This document shows positions 21,971-30,687 of a stretch of 38,694 nt of DNA, one piece after another. Position 1 is the first letter of the stretch; each line of letters starts with the position of its first letter. The notes under the pieces are model-generated. The model searched no databases. It saw only the letters and a list, made by a program, of their open reading frames with translations, and was not told the DNA's origin. A program made the position numbers and the translations under genes. The stretch is from a virus (taxonomy: Duplodnaviria > Heunggongvirae > Uroviricota > Caudoviricetes). The stretch is taken from the IMG/VR virus record IMGVR_UViG_2541047880_000004, positions 1-38,694 of that record; one strand, 5' to 3'.

Positions 21971-22692
21971 TAAGCAGCCTCCCCTGTTACTTTCAGCATT
22001 CCGTTATCGTGCAGCTTTCTGGTCAGCCACTGTTGACCACGCCCGGTGATTTTTGTGGTGAACGATATCTGTATTCCGTGATTTGTGTTGACCGCTGTTT
22101 CTTTTACTGTGAAATAGCCGCGATCCATATATTCCTGCATTGGCACATTTCGCCGGGAACCTGAAGCAATAAGGATTTTGTGATCGCGCATCCACGCAAA
22201 CAGTTTGTTTGGACCAATTCCAACAACCTTTGCAAAGTTTCCAATCAAAATTCCGCTGGCCTCGCCAACGCGATCGGCAAACTCAACTTTAGGTGCGGCA
22301 ATTGCGAGCTGGTTTTCCAGTTGCATTTTCTGCTCAGCAAGATCAGCAGCAAGGCGCAACGCTTCTGGTAGCGTTTTGGGGATATTAACCGCAGTTTCCT
22401 CAAGCTCTCGCCAACGGTCAACAAGACGAGCGGTGAATTCCGGCGACAACTGGGCAACAACGACAATACTGTCTCGCTTACCTTGTTCGCCTTCGAAGAC
22501 GTAATGCTCGTACTGAACATTGAACCCTAAGTTATTGATTCTTTCGGAAACCTCAATTTGAGGAAGCCGGATAACACCATTTTTAGCCAGCGTTTCGATG
22601 GTACGTTTCACATTGTCATGACGCTTACCCACCAACTCAGCGATTTCAATGCTTGTCATTTTGATAGCATTGCCATTTATTAACTCATTCAT
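21970..22692 (-). CDS. Rha-family regulator / antirepressor-like protein
   Basis: 240 aa; N-terminal Rha-like region (TSIEIAELVGKRHDNVKRTIETL) plus C-terminal antirepressor-type domain. Confidence 0.65.
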   Translation of the reverse strand: MNELINGNAIKMTSIEIAELVGKRHDNVKRTIETLAKNGVIRLPQIEVSERINNLGFNVQYEHYVFEGEQGKRDSIVVVAQLSPEFTARLVDRWRELEETAVNIPKTLPEALRLAADLAEQKMQLENQLAIAAPKVEFADRVGEASGILIGNFAKVVGIGPNKLFAWMRDHKILIASGSRRNVPMQEYMDRGYFTVKETAVNTNHGIQISFTTKITGRGQQWLTRKLHDNGMLKVTGEAA

Positions 22693-22879
22693 CGTCTTCT
22701 TCCTCGTACATTGAGCTATTCGGATCGCTCATCAGTTCTGCGCAGCAGTACTCACACACGTGAACTTCCAGCACATGCAGCTTCTGACCGCAGTTAGCGC
22801 ACGTTAAAGCTCGCTCGACGCTTTCTTGTTCGTAACTTCGATTTGGGTCAATCACCTTGTTTTCCTCATGCGGTTCCAT
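22685..22879 (-). CDS. ninF: NinF-like protein
   Basis: 64 aa from internal Met of the 154-aa ORF; ...NRSYEQESVERALTCANCGQKLHVLEVHVCEYCCAELMSDPNSSM.EEEDD matches remembered lambda NinF. Confidence 0.7.
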   Translation of the reverse strand: MEPHEENKVIDPNRSYEQESVERALTCANCGQKLHVLEVHVCEYCCAELMSDPNSSMYEEEDDE

Positions 22880-22994
22880 TTGGCCTGTAACAGCCCGTAG
22901 ACATAATCGAATGTCTTTACCTGGCTTTCTGTGGGGATTGGTTTCTTGCGGGATCTGGTGCGTTTGGTAGGAGTAAAAATCAGGTTGTCTAACG

Positions 22995-23186
22995 CTATTT
23001 GAGTAATGCTTCGTCGCTGTCTCGCCACACGTCCTCCTTTTCCTGCGGTAGTGGTAACACCCCTGTTGGTGTTCTTTCACACCGGAGACACCATCGATTC
23101 CAGTAAGGTTGCCCGGGTCGAAAGCGATCGTCTTCCTTTCGCTCTCCACATCGATAACAGTGCTTCATGCGATCACCATTTTGCAT
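22995..23186 (-). CDS. Small Cys-rich protein (ninE position)
   Basis: 63 aa with CxxC...CxxC pattern; positional call only. Confidence 0.35.
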   Translation of the reverse strand: MQNGDRMKHCYRCGERKEDDRFRPGQPYWNRWCLRCERTPTGVLPLPQEKEDVWRDSDEALLK

Positions 23187-23755
23187 GGTTTAATCGCCAT
23201 GCCGGTAGCCAGTTCAAAATCGGAGTCGCACTGATTGCCCCACATATCCCACCCGGTCACTTTGTCGCGGCTAAATAACTCACAGCGCGGCACGTCGCCA
23301 AGCAACTTAGCTAACATGTCTCTTACGATCGGTGGTTTTGCACTGTGCTCCATTCTCGGTGCGGTAAAGTGCTGGCATATGGAAGCGTCCATTCTCTCAG
23401 GCAACCGCCCTCGAACAGCAAACAAGCAATCCTCGCTATTTGCCCTGGTCATATGCCCCATTCCGATCGCACTGTTGCCTTTGTGCTTATTGGTTTTGTG
23501 CCAGGTAAAGCCTTTCATAGTCATCAACCTGAATCCCCACGCCTCAATTACCTTTAGCGCTTCGGCTGGCTGTGTCGGCACCCACCACATCGCTAACAAG
23601 CAAGATTCTGGATCCGCTAAATCCCATACTGGCAGTCGGCAAATGTCCTGAACATTCATAACATCGTATTTATGTCCAGCACCGCGATTGCCATCGTTGG
23701 CTTTGTCGCGATATTGCCAAGGCGGATCTGCGTAAATAAGTCGGTATTTGTTCAT
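23165..23755 (-). CDS. DNA N6-adenine methyltransferase, MT-A70-like (orphan)
   Basis: 196 aa; DPPW motif at N-terminus ([15 protein letters not shown]); no adjacent endonuclease. Confidence 0.75.
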   Translation of the reverse strand: MNKYRLIYADPPWQYRDKANDGNRGAGHKYDVMNVQDICRLPVWDLADPESCLLAMWWVPTQPAEALKVIEAWGFRLMTMKGFTWHKTNKHKGNSAIGMGHMTRANSEDCLFAVRGRLPERMDASICQHFTAPRMEHSAKPPIVRDMLAKLLGDVPRCELFSRDKVTGWDMWGNQCDSDFELATGMAIKPCKMVIA

Positions 23756-24192
23756 TCAGTTTTATCTCCCCATCTCGCTTTCCACTCCAGAGCCAGTCGC
23801 GCTTCGTCTGACCACTTAACGCCATGTTCTGTACCGAATGCCTGTATAAGCTCTAATAGCTCCGCAAATTCGCTTACACGCATCCTGCTGGTTGACTGTC
23901 CTATTACCACAAAGCCATTCCCGGCAAGGTTAGGAACAACGTCCTGCTGCTTTAATGCTGCGGTAAATACACACTTCCAGCTTTCTGCATCCAGCCAGCG
24001 ACCATGCCATTCAACCTGACGCGAGACGTCACCAAGGCAAGCCCAAAGCTTTCGATTCTGGTCTAAGCTGCGGTTGAGTTCCTGAATGGTTACTACGATT
24101 GGTTTGGTTGGGTCTGGAAGGATTTGCTGTACTGCGTGAATAGCGTTTTGCTGATGTGCTGGGGATCGAATTTCAAAGGTTAGTTTTTTCAT
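23752..24192 (-). CDS. ninB: NinB (Orf-family recombination mediator)
   Basis: 146 aa; MKKLTFEIRSPAHQQNAIHAVQQILPDPTKPIVVTIQE... near-identical to remembered lambda NinB. Confidence 0.92.
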   Translation of the reverse strand: MKKLTFEIRSPAHQQNAIHAVQQILPDPTKPIVVTIQELNRSLDQNRKLWACLGDVSRQVEWHGRWLDAESWKCVFTAALKQQDVVPNLAGNGFVVIGQSTSRMRVSEFAELLELIQAFGTEHGVKWSDEARLALEWKARWGDKTE

Positions 24193-24385
24193 GACTTCCC
24201 TCTCTAACAGATTTCAGGTTATTCCACTCCGTTACCGCACTGCGATAATTCGCGGCCGCCACAACAGCGTGGTTAGCGCAGTAGATTTGGCACCCGTTCT
24301 CCATGTCGAATATTGTCGGTGATTTTCCGCACTTACATTTTTTGGCACGCGGTGCGTCTGAACACATTCCGTTAACGGTGTCCAT
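24173..24385 (-). CDS. Hypothetical Cys-rich protein (ren/ninA position)
   Basis: 70 aa; GAGGGGG RBS 7 nt upstream of ATG. Confidence 0.5.
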   Translation of the reverse strand: MDTVNGMCSDAPRAKKCKCGKSPTIFDMENGCQIYCANHAVVAAANYRSAVTEWNNLKSVREGSHEKTNL

Positions 24386-24410
24386 CAGGATCCCCCTCGT
24401 TCTTAATCCA

Positions 24411-24440
24411 ATAAAAAAGGGCTACTGTGTAAATAGCCCC
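24411..24440 (-). terminator. Candidate tR2-like terminator downstream of helicase gene
   Basis: On minus strand GGGCTA-tttacacag-TAGCCC followed by TTTTTTATT. Confidence 0.5.
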
Positions 24441-24466
24441 TGTTATTAGCTCAGTGATGTAGATGG

Positions 24467-25843
24467 TCATACGTCCGCCCCTTGTGCATATCGTCTGCCA
24501 CGCGCAGCAGGCGCATTTGATGCTGTGCAAATCTGTCTGGCTTCATCCTGGTCACATGCAACAAAGTGTCCGTTACAGAACCGCTGGTAAACCGTACCAA
24601 GCGAGCCAAAACGGTTTTTCGTCACGATGATTTCAGCAAATGGCGCGGCGCTACTGTTCTCGTCATATACCGCTTCCCGATAGAGCATGATGATTGAGTC
24701 TGCGTCCTGCTCAATGCTTCCTGAATCACGCAAATCTGCGTTTGTCGGGCGTTTGTTTGGTCGCTTCTCAACATCGCGAGAAAGCTGACTCAGGGAGATA
24801 ACAGGCGTTTTCAGGTCTTTCGCCATCGCCTTCAGGCTTCCTGAGATGTGAGCAATTGCGAGGTCGTTGCGATCTGCTTTCGGCTTCTCAATCAGGCCAA
24901 GATAATCCACCATGATGAGTGACAGGTTTGGATTTTCCTGTTTGTGCCGTTCTGCGATTGAGCGTATTTCTTCGACCGATAACCGCGAGGCATCGACTAC
25001 CCATACATCCAAATCTGCAAGCTGACTCATGCCGTTAGCAACACGCGCCCAGCCTTCGTCATCCATCGATGCAGGATTTCGCAGCACGCTAACCGACATC
25101 CTCCCGGCGTTGGCAATGCTTCGCTCTGCAATCTGCAATGCGCTCATTTCCATCGAGAAAATCAACACTCCGCGCCGGACGTCAGAACCAGGAATAACGC
25201 GGCTTGCAACGCCTTCGGCAATCTTCAGCGCCAGTTCGGTTTTCCCCATACCAGGACGAGCAGCGATTATCACAAGGTCTTCTGCGTTCATCCCTCCGGT
25301 GATGGCATCAAGTTCTTCGATTCCGGTCTTCAGGGTATCTGACTCTTCTCCGTTCCTCAGACGCCTGTCAAGCGTGTCAGTGTAGTCAGTGATGATTTCC
25401 CCTAACCGTACCGGTTTAACCTCGTCACGGGGCTTTCTGATGGCTGAGAGACGCTTTACAAACTCATCCATCGCCTGACTCGATGCGTCGATGGTTCCGC
25501 TCTGAATTGGTTCACGCATTTCATCCATGATTTCCAGCACCAGACGGCGGTGATAGTTATCCGCGACCATTCCGGCATATCCCTTCAGGTTTGCGGCGCT
25601 CGGGCAGTTTTTGCTGGTCATCAGGATTGACGTGAAATGCTCCTCTCCGCACGCCTCGGCAACCATCAGCGCATCGATTAGGTTTCTGTTTCTCGCCTGC
25701 TTGCGGATAACCTCGAAGGCTTTCCGGTAGAGCGGAATTGAAAACGCTTCCGGCTCAAGCGTTGCCAGAACGTCACTGGCAGTTGGAGTTAATCCACCAA
25801 TCAGCAGGCCACCGATAACGCTCGCTTCGATATCCTGTCTCAT
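24467..25843 (-). CDS. Replicative DNA helicase, DnaB family (P22 gene 12-like)
   Basis: 458 aa; Walker [10 protein letters not shown]; DnaB-type architecture. Confidence 0.9.
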   Translation of the reverse strand: MRQDIEASVIGGLLIGGLTPTASDVLATLEPEAFSIPLYRKAFEVIRKQARNRNLIDALMVAEACGEEHFTSILMTSKNCPSAANLKGYAGMVADNYHRRLVLEIMDEMREPIQSGTIDASSQAMDEFVKRLSAIRKPRDEVKPVRLGEIITDYTDTLDRRLRNGEESDTLKTGIEELDAITGGMNAEDLVIIAARPGMGKTELALKIAEGVASRVIPGSDVRRGVLIFSMEMSALQIAERSIANAGRMSVSVLRNPASMDDEGWARVANGMSQLADLDVWVVDASRLSVEEIRSIAERHKQENPNLSLIMVDYLGLIEKPKADRNDLAIAHISGSLKAMAKDLKTPVISLSQLSRDVEKRPNKRPTNADLRDSGSIEQDADSIIMLYREAVYDENSSAAPFAEIIVTKNRFGSLGTVYQRFCNGHFVACDQDEARQICTASNAPAARGRRYAQGADV

Positions 25844-26661
25844 GCAATCCCCCTGTCTGCAAACTTCCCTTCCCGAACTCCCGTTAACGAATCTTCCCTC
25901 AGCAGGTAATCAAAATCAGCCGTCCAGCCCGTGTCGTTGTCTCCGAAGTAAAACGGCTTGGCCTGATGCACAAACGCCCTGACATACGCCCTGAAACCGT
26001 CCACGTTTGGCGTTTTCAGTTGCGGGATGATTTTCTTCAGGCGGCGTTTGCGTTTCTCGTTGACCGCAACAGCGTGTGGAAGTCTGTCACCGACTTCGGT
26101 GTTGTAGGCGTTCAGGAAGGATTCGTAGTCGATTCGTTCTGCCTTGCGACGTTCAGGTTTAACCTGCCCATCGCCACCCCCGTTAGGGGGTAAGGGGGTA
26201 TTTGTATTTATTGTCTTTTGTATATTGTCTTTTGTGTTTAGCTGACTTGGCTTATACCCATTAGCCGACTTGGCTAATGTTTTATTAGCCGTTTTAGCTA
26301 ATGTTAAGCTGTCCTGGCTAATCCACTGAGAAACCACCTTGTTCACTCCGATTTTCACGCCATCAGCAATGAGGAATTTACGCTCGATAAGCTGGCGCTT
26401 GGCAGCGCAAACATGAGTGTGATGAATACCTGTCATGGCTGCTATCTGCGTGTTTGTGAGTCGATCCATCGGCTTATTGAATCCGTATGTCTTGCGCATG
26501 ATAGCGAGCATCACCTTCATCTGCCGGGCGGTTAAATCAGCCATCAGCAGACTGTCGGTAATCTCGTTAGCAACGCGCATGAAACCATCTTCGGTATCTG
26601 CCACGCGATGCTCCACGACCTCCAGTTGAGGCCTGTAATCAGCTAACTTAACGACGCCCAT
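25840..26661 (-). CDS. Replication initiator, lambda O / P22 gp18-like
   Basis: 273 aa; N-terminus resembles lambda O (...[24 protein letters not shown]...); ori iterons lie inside the gene. Confidence 0.85.
   Translation of the reverse strand: MGVVKLADYRPQLEVVEHRVADTEDGFMRVANEITDSLLMADLTARQMKVMLAIMRKTYGFNKPMDRLTNTQIAAMTGIHHTHVCAAKRQLIERKFLIADGVKIGVNKVVSQWISQDSLTLAKTANKTLAKSANGYKPSQLNTKDNIQKTINTNTPLPPNGGGDGQVKPERRKAERIDYESFLNAYNTEVGDRLPHAVAVNEKRKRRLKKIIPQLKTPNVDGFRAYVRAFVHQAKPFYFGDNDTGWTADFDYLLREDSLTGVREGKFADRGIA
26198..26324. repeat. Replication origin: AT-rich tract plus four ~19-bp iterons inside the O-like gene
   Basis: Iterons ttagctgacttggcttata / ttagccgacttggctaatg / ttagccgttttagctaatg / ttaagctgtcctggctaatcc at 23-24 bp spacing (26238..26324), next to AT-rich 26198..26240 with duplicated tattgtcttttgt. 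Confidence 0.7.
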
Positions 26662-26809
26662 GTTTCACTCCTGCTTTGGCTAGCCTGTAAACACCAACAA
26701 GGCGCTCTGCGAACGCCCTGTTATTTGCTGCGGCTACCACTAATCCCTCAGGTGAATCAGGGTGTCGAATCTCTTCTTTTTCCTGGTATTTCTTACGACG
26801 TTTTGTCAT
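26648..26809 (-). CDS. Possible small basic protein between cII and O
   Basis: 53-aa ORF MTKRRKKYQEKEEIRHPDSPEGL... with GGAG RBS; overlaps start of O gene; below ORF-track threshold. Confidence 0.3.
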   Translation of the reverse strand: MTKRRKKYQEKEEIRHPDSPEGLVVAAANNRAFAERLVGVYRLAKAGVKHGRR

Positions 26810-26843
26810 AATTACTCCTGTGGATTGATCCAGTCTTTCTACA

Positions 26844-27122
26844 TCAGGCCTCGAAGAATTCGCCGTTCTTCGGGGCTTTTTCTTTTGTCAGCATTCTGGC
26901 TACTTTCTTAGCCAGTTCCGCCAACTCCTCGTCTTCAACACCCCATTCAAGAACAGCCAGAAGCATTCCCATTTTGGGTATGAAGCTGTCTTTCCATCGC
27001 GAAATTTGTGACTCATTAATCCCTAACGCGTCGGCAACCTTTCGCTGACCACGTACAGCAATTCGATTCAGGATGTTGCTTGTAATTGCATTCGCTTTCT
27101 TGCGAGTACTTGTAAGTTGCAT
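26844..27122 (-). CDS. cII: CII transcriptional activator
   Basis: 92 aa; ...SQISRWK..FIPKMGMLLAVLEWGVEDEELAELAKKVA... matches lambda CII. Confidence 0.88.
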   Translation of the reverse strand: MQLTSTRKKANAITSNILNRIAVRGQRKVADALGINESQISRWKDSFIPKMGMLLAVLEWGVEDEELAELAKKVARMLTKEKAPKNGEFFEA

Positions 27123-27178
27123 ATGTAAGTATTTCCTTAACTAATAAGAAGTTATGCGCATCAACTTATGCGCGTTGT

Positions 27179-27223
27179 ATTCCCGCATTTCGGCGGGAAT
27201 GAGGACCATGACTGTTAAAGAGC
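27179..27223 (-). promoter_or_regulatory. nutR (boxA + boxB)
   Basis: Minus-strand CGCTCTTTAA (boxA) followed by hairpin CCCGCCGAAATGCGGG; same hairpin recurs at nutL; lies between cro and cII. Confidence 0.6.
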
Positions 27224-27230
27224 GGTGTTA

Positions 27231-27431
27231 CTATTTGTTTTTCTTGTTGCTTGGGAAAGGACGAACTTCCTCTCCAATCACACTGCCATCAGGCTTTACC
27301 GTAACCATGATGTTACGGCCTGCCAGAATGGCCTTGCTGATAGCGCACTGGATTACACCAAAGTCACTGGCTGCTTTAGCCTGTCCATGGATTTTGGCGT
27401 AATCGGCAAGTGTCATTCGAATCATATGCAC
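27231..27431 (-). CDS. cro: Cro repressor
   Basis: 66 aa; ...[58 protein letters not shown] resembles lambda Cro. Confidence 0.88.
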   Translation of the reverse strand: MHMIRMTLADYAKIHGQAKAASDFGVIQCAISKAILAGRNIMVTVKPDGSVIGEEVRPFPSNKKNK

Positions 27432-27454
27432 TCTCCGTTATTAACCATGAACAA

Positions 27455-27526
27455 AGAATACTACAGGTATTCAAAGCAATCAATACTCAGGGTATTTTTA
27501 GTTTAAGTACCTTAGCTATTAGAATT
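27455..27526. promoter_or_regulatory. OR operator region with pR and candidate leaderless pRM
   Basis: Palindromes AATACtacagGTATT (27457..27471) and AATACtcaggGTATT (27482..27496), degenerate third at 27506..27520; minus-strand TTGATT-17bp-TATTCT (pR); plus-strand TAGAAT 5 nt before the cI ATG. Confidence 0.6.
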
Positions 27527-27531
27527 AAGCT

Positions 27532-28248
27532 ATGGAAAATAAAAAATCACTGACGACAGAACAGCTGGAAGACGCTAAGCGGCTTAAGGCTTTGTATGAG
27601 TCAAAAAAGAAAGAATTGGGAATAACCCAATACTCAATCGCTGATGAACTGGGTATCACCCAAGGAGCGGTAGGGCATTATCTTAATGGCAGAAATGCGC
27701 TAAACGTTGAGGTTGCATCTGGTTTTGCACGATTGTTGCAAGTCTCAATTGCTGATTTTAGCCAGTCAATTGCTGCCAAGGTTGCAGAACAGGCAGAAAG
27801 CCTTAAGAGCGATGCCAACGTAAGGTATGCAGGGGAATACAGAGCAGGAAAGAGGTATCCGGTGTTAAGCAGTATCCAGGCTGGCTCGTGGTGTGAAGCA
27901 TGCGAACCATACACCATTAAAGACATAGATGTTTGGCTTGAGTCTGACGCGCATATTCAAGGTAATGCGTTCTGGCTTAAGGTGGAAGGTGATTCAATGA
28001 CGGCACCGGTTGGGTTAAGCATTCCAGAGGGAACATTCGTTCTTTTCGATACCGGAAGGGAGGCGATCAACGGCAGCTTGGTCATAGCAAAACTTTCTGA
28101 CTCTAACGAAGCAACATTCAAGAAGCTGATAATCGACGGCGGAAATAAATACCTCAAGGGACTTAATCCTGCATGGCCTCTCGTGCCAATCAATGGAAAC
28201 TGCAAGATTATAGGCGTTGCAATTGAGACAAAACTCAGACTGGTTTGA
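27532..28248 (+). CDS. cI: CI repressor (HTH plus LexA/S24-like domain)
   Basis: 238 aa; N-terminus ...LTTEQLEDAKRLKALYESKKKELG... and C-terminal FWL.VEG.SMTAP...FKKL match lambda CI. Confidence 0.9.
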   Translation: MENKKSLTTEQLEDAKRLKALYESKKKELGITQYSIADELGITQGAVGHYLNGRNALNVEVASGFARLLQVSIADFSQSIAAKVAEQAESLKSDANVRYAGEYRAGKRYPVLSSIQAGSWCEACEPYTIKDIDVWLESDAHIQGNAFWLKVEGDSMTAPVGLSIPEGTFVLFDTGREAINGSLVIAKLSDSNEATFKKLIIDGGNKYLKGLNPAWPLVPINGNCKIIGVAIETKLRLV

Positions 28249-28266
28249 TCACGCAAGGGGGCGCTT

Positions 28267-28635
28267 ATGGTTGGAACCGCTATAGCAAGCTTTTTGGGGA
28301 TGTTGGCAATCTCAACAATTTACGGCTTAGCGCATGCTTTTATTGCGAAATCTATATCAGAAAAAATAAGCCAGGCTTGGGCGCATAGAACAGCTCGTTT
28401 CATGATTCTAGTGGTCATAGCAATACAAGGGATATCTGCATTTATCCTCTATGGATCAAGCTTATACCTATTGTATCAAGGCGCGACATTTACGCCTTAC
28501 ACCAGTGATTACGGAACCCTATACGATGGTAGTGAAGACATCTCTATGGCTTGGATCGTCTTTGGTTTATCTATGGCCGTGTCTGTTGTAGCAGACATCA
28601 TTAAGGTAATTCTCGTCTTAACCTTCGCTGACTAA
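28267..28635 (+). CDS. Integral membrane protein in rex position (lysogenic-conversion candidate)
   Basis: 122 aa, about three predicted TM helices; AAGGGGG RBS; starts 19 nt after cI stop on the same strand, upstream of OL. Confidence 0.7.
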   Translation: MVGTAIASFLGMLAISTIYGLAHAFIAKSISEKISQAWAHRTARFMILVVIAIQGISAFILYGSSLYLLYQGATFTPYTSDYGTLYDGSEDISMAWIVFGLSMAVSVVADIIKVILVLTFAD

Positions 28636-28766
28636 CCCATAATCCCGGCAGCAATAGCTATCGGGATCAACTTCACATATCCCGCATAAAAAGCACTGAA
28701 CAAGCAGACGACGAAAAAATAAATATCCTTTGTATTCATTTGCTTATCATTATTTCACCAAAAATA

Positions 28767-28809
28767 AATACCTTGGGTATTTACACAATAAAATACCTAC
28801 AGTATTCTT
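28767..28809 (+). promoter_or_regulatory. OL operators and pL promoter
   Basis: AATACcttggGTATT (28767..28781) and AATACctacaGTATT (28792..28806), same half-sites as OR; TTTACA-17bp-TATTCT reading toward N. Confidence 0.6.
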
Positions 28810-28852
28810 TAGCCATCAGCAGGACGCTGGTAGCCAAACGGAACAGATTGGC

Positions 28853-28895
28853 AGGCTCTTTAACATTGATGGGATTGTCCCGCCGAAATGCGGGA
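28853..28895 (+). promoter_or_regulatory. nutL (boxA + boxB)
   Basis: GGCTCTTTAA followed 14 nt later by hairpin CCCGCCGAAATGCGGG, identical to the nutR hairpin. Confidence 0.6.
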
Positions 28896-29066
28896 ACCAA
28901 AGAGTAGTTGGCTTTGGGGTGTGGTGAAGGGTTCATGGACGGGAATATGTCGCACGTAAAGCGGCGAGGCCTGCGGGACTATTGCCGAATTGAAGTCGGA
29001 CGAAGCGGGTCGAAATGGGCCTCCCACCTACCACACCACCAAAGCTAATCATCTGAGGAACAGAAA

Positions 29067-29186
29067 ATGTTAGACATCATGACCAACCCAATTCTCGGTG
29101 GTTTAGTTACCACATTCGCCATCTGCTTCGGTTTCACTATCTGGTCTGAAGTAGATGACTGGATGTGGGAACGCAAAAACAAATAA
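29067..29186 (+). CDS. Possible small single-TM peptide in pL leader
   Basis: 39-aa ORF MLDIMTNPILGGLVTTFAICFGFTIWSEVDDWMWERKNK; GAGGAA RBS; below ORF-track threshold. Confidence 0.3.
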   Translation: MLDIMTNPILGGLVTTFAICFGFTIWSEVDDWMWERKNK

Positions 29187-29226
29187 TCATCGACACACAA
29201 GGATGTGTACCTTCCCGGAGGTCAAC

Positions 29227-29532
29227 ATGACAGTAGTCATTACATATCTGGCTGACGATAACGCCAGAAATCGCCGCAGAGCACGCAGACAGGCTCAACG
29301 TGAACAGGCAATGCAAGAGCAGCGACTGGCGCGAAAAATTGCGCTAAAGCTCTCTGGTTGCGTCAGAGCAGATAAAGCAGCATCACTCGGAAGCCTTCGC
29401 TGCAAGAAGGCAGAAGAAGTCGAGCGTAAACAGAACCGTATTTACTACCGCAAGCCACGCAGTGAAATGGGTGTGACTTGTGTTGGTCGCCAGAAAATGA
29501 AATTAGGCAGCAAACCACTGTATGAGGGGTGA
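29227..29532 (+). CDS. N: N antiterminator (phage 21-like)
   Basis: 101 aa from internal Met of the 125-aa ORF; GGAGG RBS; Arg-rich motif NARNRRRARRQAQ; ...ARKIALKLSGCVRADKAASLGSLRCKKAEEVERKQNRIYY... matches remembered phage 21 N. Confidence 0.8.
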   Translation: MTVVITYLADDNARNRRRARRQAQREQAMQEQRLARKIALKLSGCVRADKAASLGSLRCKKAEEVERKQNRIYYRKPRSEMGVTCVGRQKMKLGSKPLYEG

Positions 29533-29535
29533 GAT

Positions 29536-29667
29536 ATGAGCTACCAAATTCAATACAGAAGTTGCGGTAGATGGGTTTGCGGAAACTCTTTCAAAACAAA
29601 AGAACAGGCTGAGCAATACGCAAAACAAACAGGTCAGGATTATCAAATTGTAAAGACAAGGAGATAA
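29536..29667 (+). CDS. Small hypothetical protein coupled to the PAPS-reductase-like gene
   Basis: 43-aa ORF MSYQIQYRSCGRWVCGNSF...; GAGGGG RBS; stop 1 nt before next ATG; AT-rich. Confidence 0.4.
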   Translation: MSYQIQYRSCGRWVCGNSFKTKEQAEQYAKQTGQDYQIVKTRR

Positions 29668-29668
29668 C

Positions 29669-30526
29669 ATGCCAGGATTTACAAGTAAATTCATACCAAG
29701 AAGAGAATTCAAGCATAATCCAGAAAGACTAAATGTTATTTCTTCCGGTGGTGGGACTCAAAGTAACGCAATAATCTGCTTAGTACATGCTGGCGTTCTT
29801 CCAAAGCCTGACATTATCGTTATGTCAGATACAGAACGTGAGGCAAGTAATGTATTTGAATATCAGAAAAAATATATAGCTCCTATTTGTGAAGATATGG
29901 GTGTTGATTACCTGATTGTTCCTAAAAGTAGATTTGCTACCTACGACATTGATGGGCCTGATCCAGACGTTCCTCTACCTGGATATTTCACAGAATACGA
30001 TGGAAGGGATTCAAAAGGAATGTGCGCTGGAAAGCAACCAGCATTTTGTTCTATAAAGTGGAAAACTGAAGTTATTCAGAGATTTTTAAATGAAAGATAT
30101 GGAGAGAAGTATCTTACAGCAAGAGGAGTGGATAGTTGGATGGGGATAAGCATTGAAGAGGCTAAACGAAGAGCGAAATACCCAACTGGCAAGTGGCAGA
30201 GGCGCTATCCACTTATTGAAATGCTAATGACTAAACAGATGGCAATTCAATGTGTCGAGGATTATGGTCTTCCTACACCACCTGCCTCGCTTTGCTGGAT
30301 GTGCCCTAACAGAGATGATGATCTGTGGCTTTATATGAAAAATAACGTACCATCTGATTTTGAAAGAGCATGTCAGCATGAAAAAGAGATACAAATGAAG
30401 TGGCCTCATTTGTGGCTTACTAAATATGGTGTTCCACTATCTGAGGCACCACTAACACCTAGTGGTGGTAAAAATGCACAAATGGATCTTATACAATTCT
30501 GCGATTCTGGACTGTGCTTCGTTTAA
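29669..30526 (+). CDS. PAPS-reductase-like PP-loop ATP pyrophosphatase family protein
   Basis: 285 aa; PP-loop-like SSGGGTQSNA near N-terminus; conserved-looking cysteines (CWMCP, FCDSGLCF); AT-rich. Confidence 0.75.
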   Translation: MPGFTSKFIPRREFKHNPERLNVISSGGGTQSNAIICLVHAGVLPKPDIIVMSDTEREASNVFEYQKKYIAPICEDMGVDYLIVPKSRFATYDIDGPDPDVPLPGYFTEYDGRDSKGMCAGKQPAFCSIKWKTEVIQRFLNERYGEKYLTARGVDSWMGISIEEAKRRAKYPTGKWQRRYPLIEMLMTKQMAIQCVEDYGLPTPPASLCWMCPNRDDDLWLYMKNNVPSDFERACQHEKEIQMKWPHLWLTKYGVPLSEAPLTPSGGKNAQMDLIQFCDSGLCFV

Positions 30527-30663
30527 GCCGAATAACCCATTAGAGCAGAAATATTCGCTAATTAAAATTGAAAGAATAATTTCATTTATAAACCAGTTCC
30601 CTGAATCTTACCTGTTTTGCGATGGTGATCGGGAAATAGCAGAGATTAAGTTTGAGGAATGAA

Positions 30664-30687
30664 GCCGAATATTCGGCCTTTATTTTT
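30664..30687 (+). terminator. Candidate rho-independent terminator
   Basis: GCCGAATATTCGGC followed by CTTTATTTTT. Confidence 0.5.

Noticed and set aside
22685-23149. 154-aa ORF as a single gene
   Set aside because: Only the C-terminal 64 aa match NinF; the upstream extension is Arg/His-rich with no RBS
23235-23651. 138-aa plus-strand ORF
   Set aside because: Antisense to the MT-A70 methyltransferase gene; shadow ORF
26238-26324. Regularly spaced direct repeats as a possible CRISPR array
   Set aside because: Repeats are ~19 bp with ~4-bp spacers, degenerate, inside the O gene next to an AT-rich tract; these are origin iterons
28730-28927. 65-aa plus-strand ORF
   Set aside because: Spans the OL operators, pL and nutL; incompatible with regulatory function of this sequence
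30462-30662. 66-aa plus-strand ORF as a gene
   Set aside because: First third overlaps the PAPS-reductase-like gene in another frame and the remainder has no start codon; kept only as a possible remnant in findings
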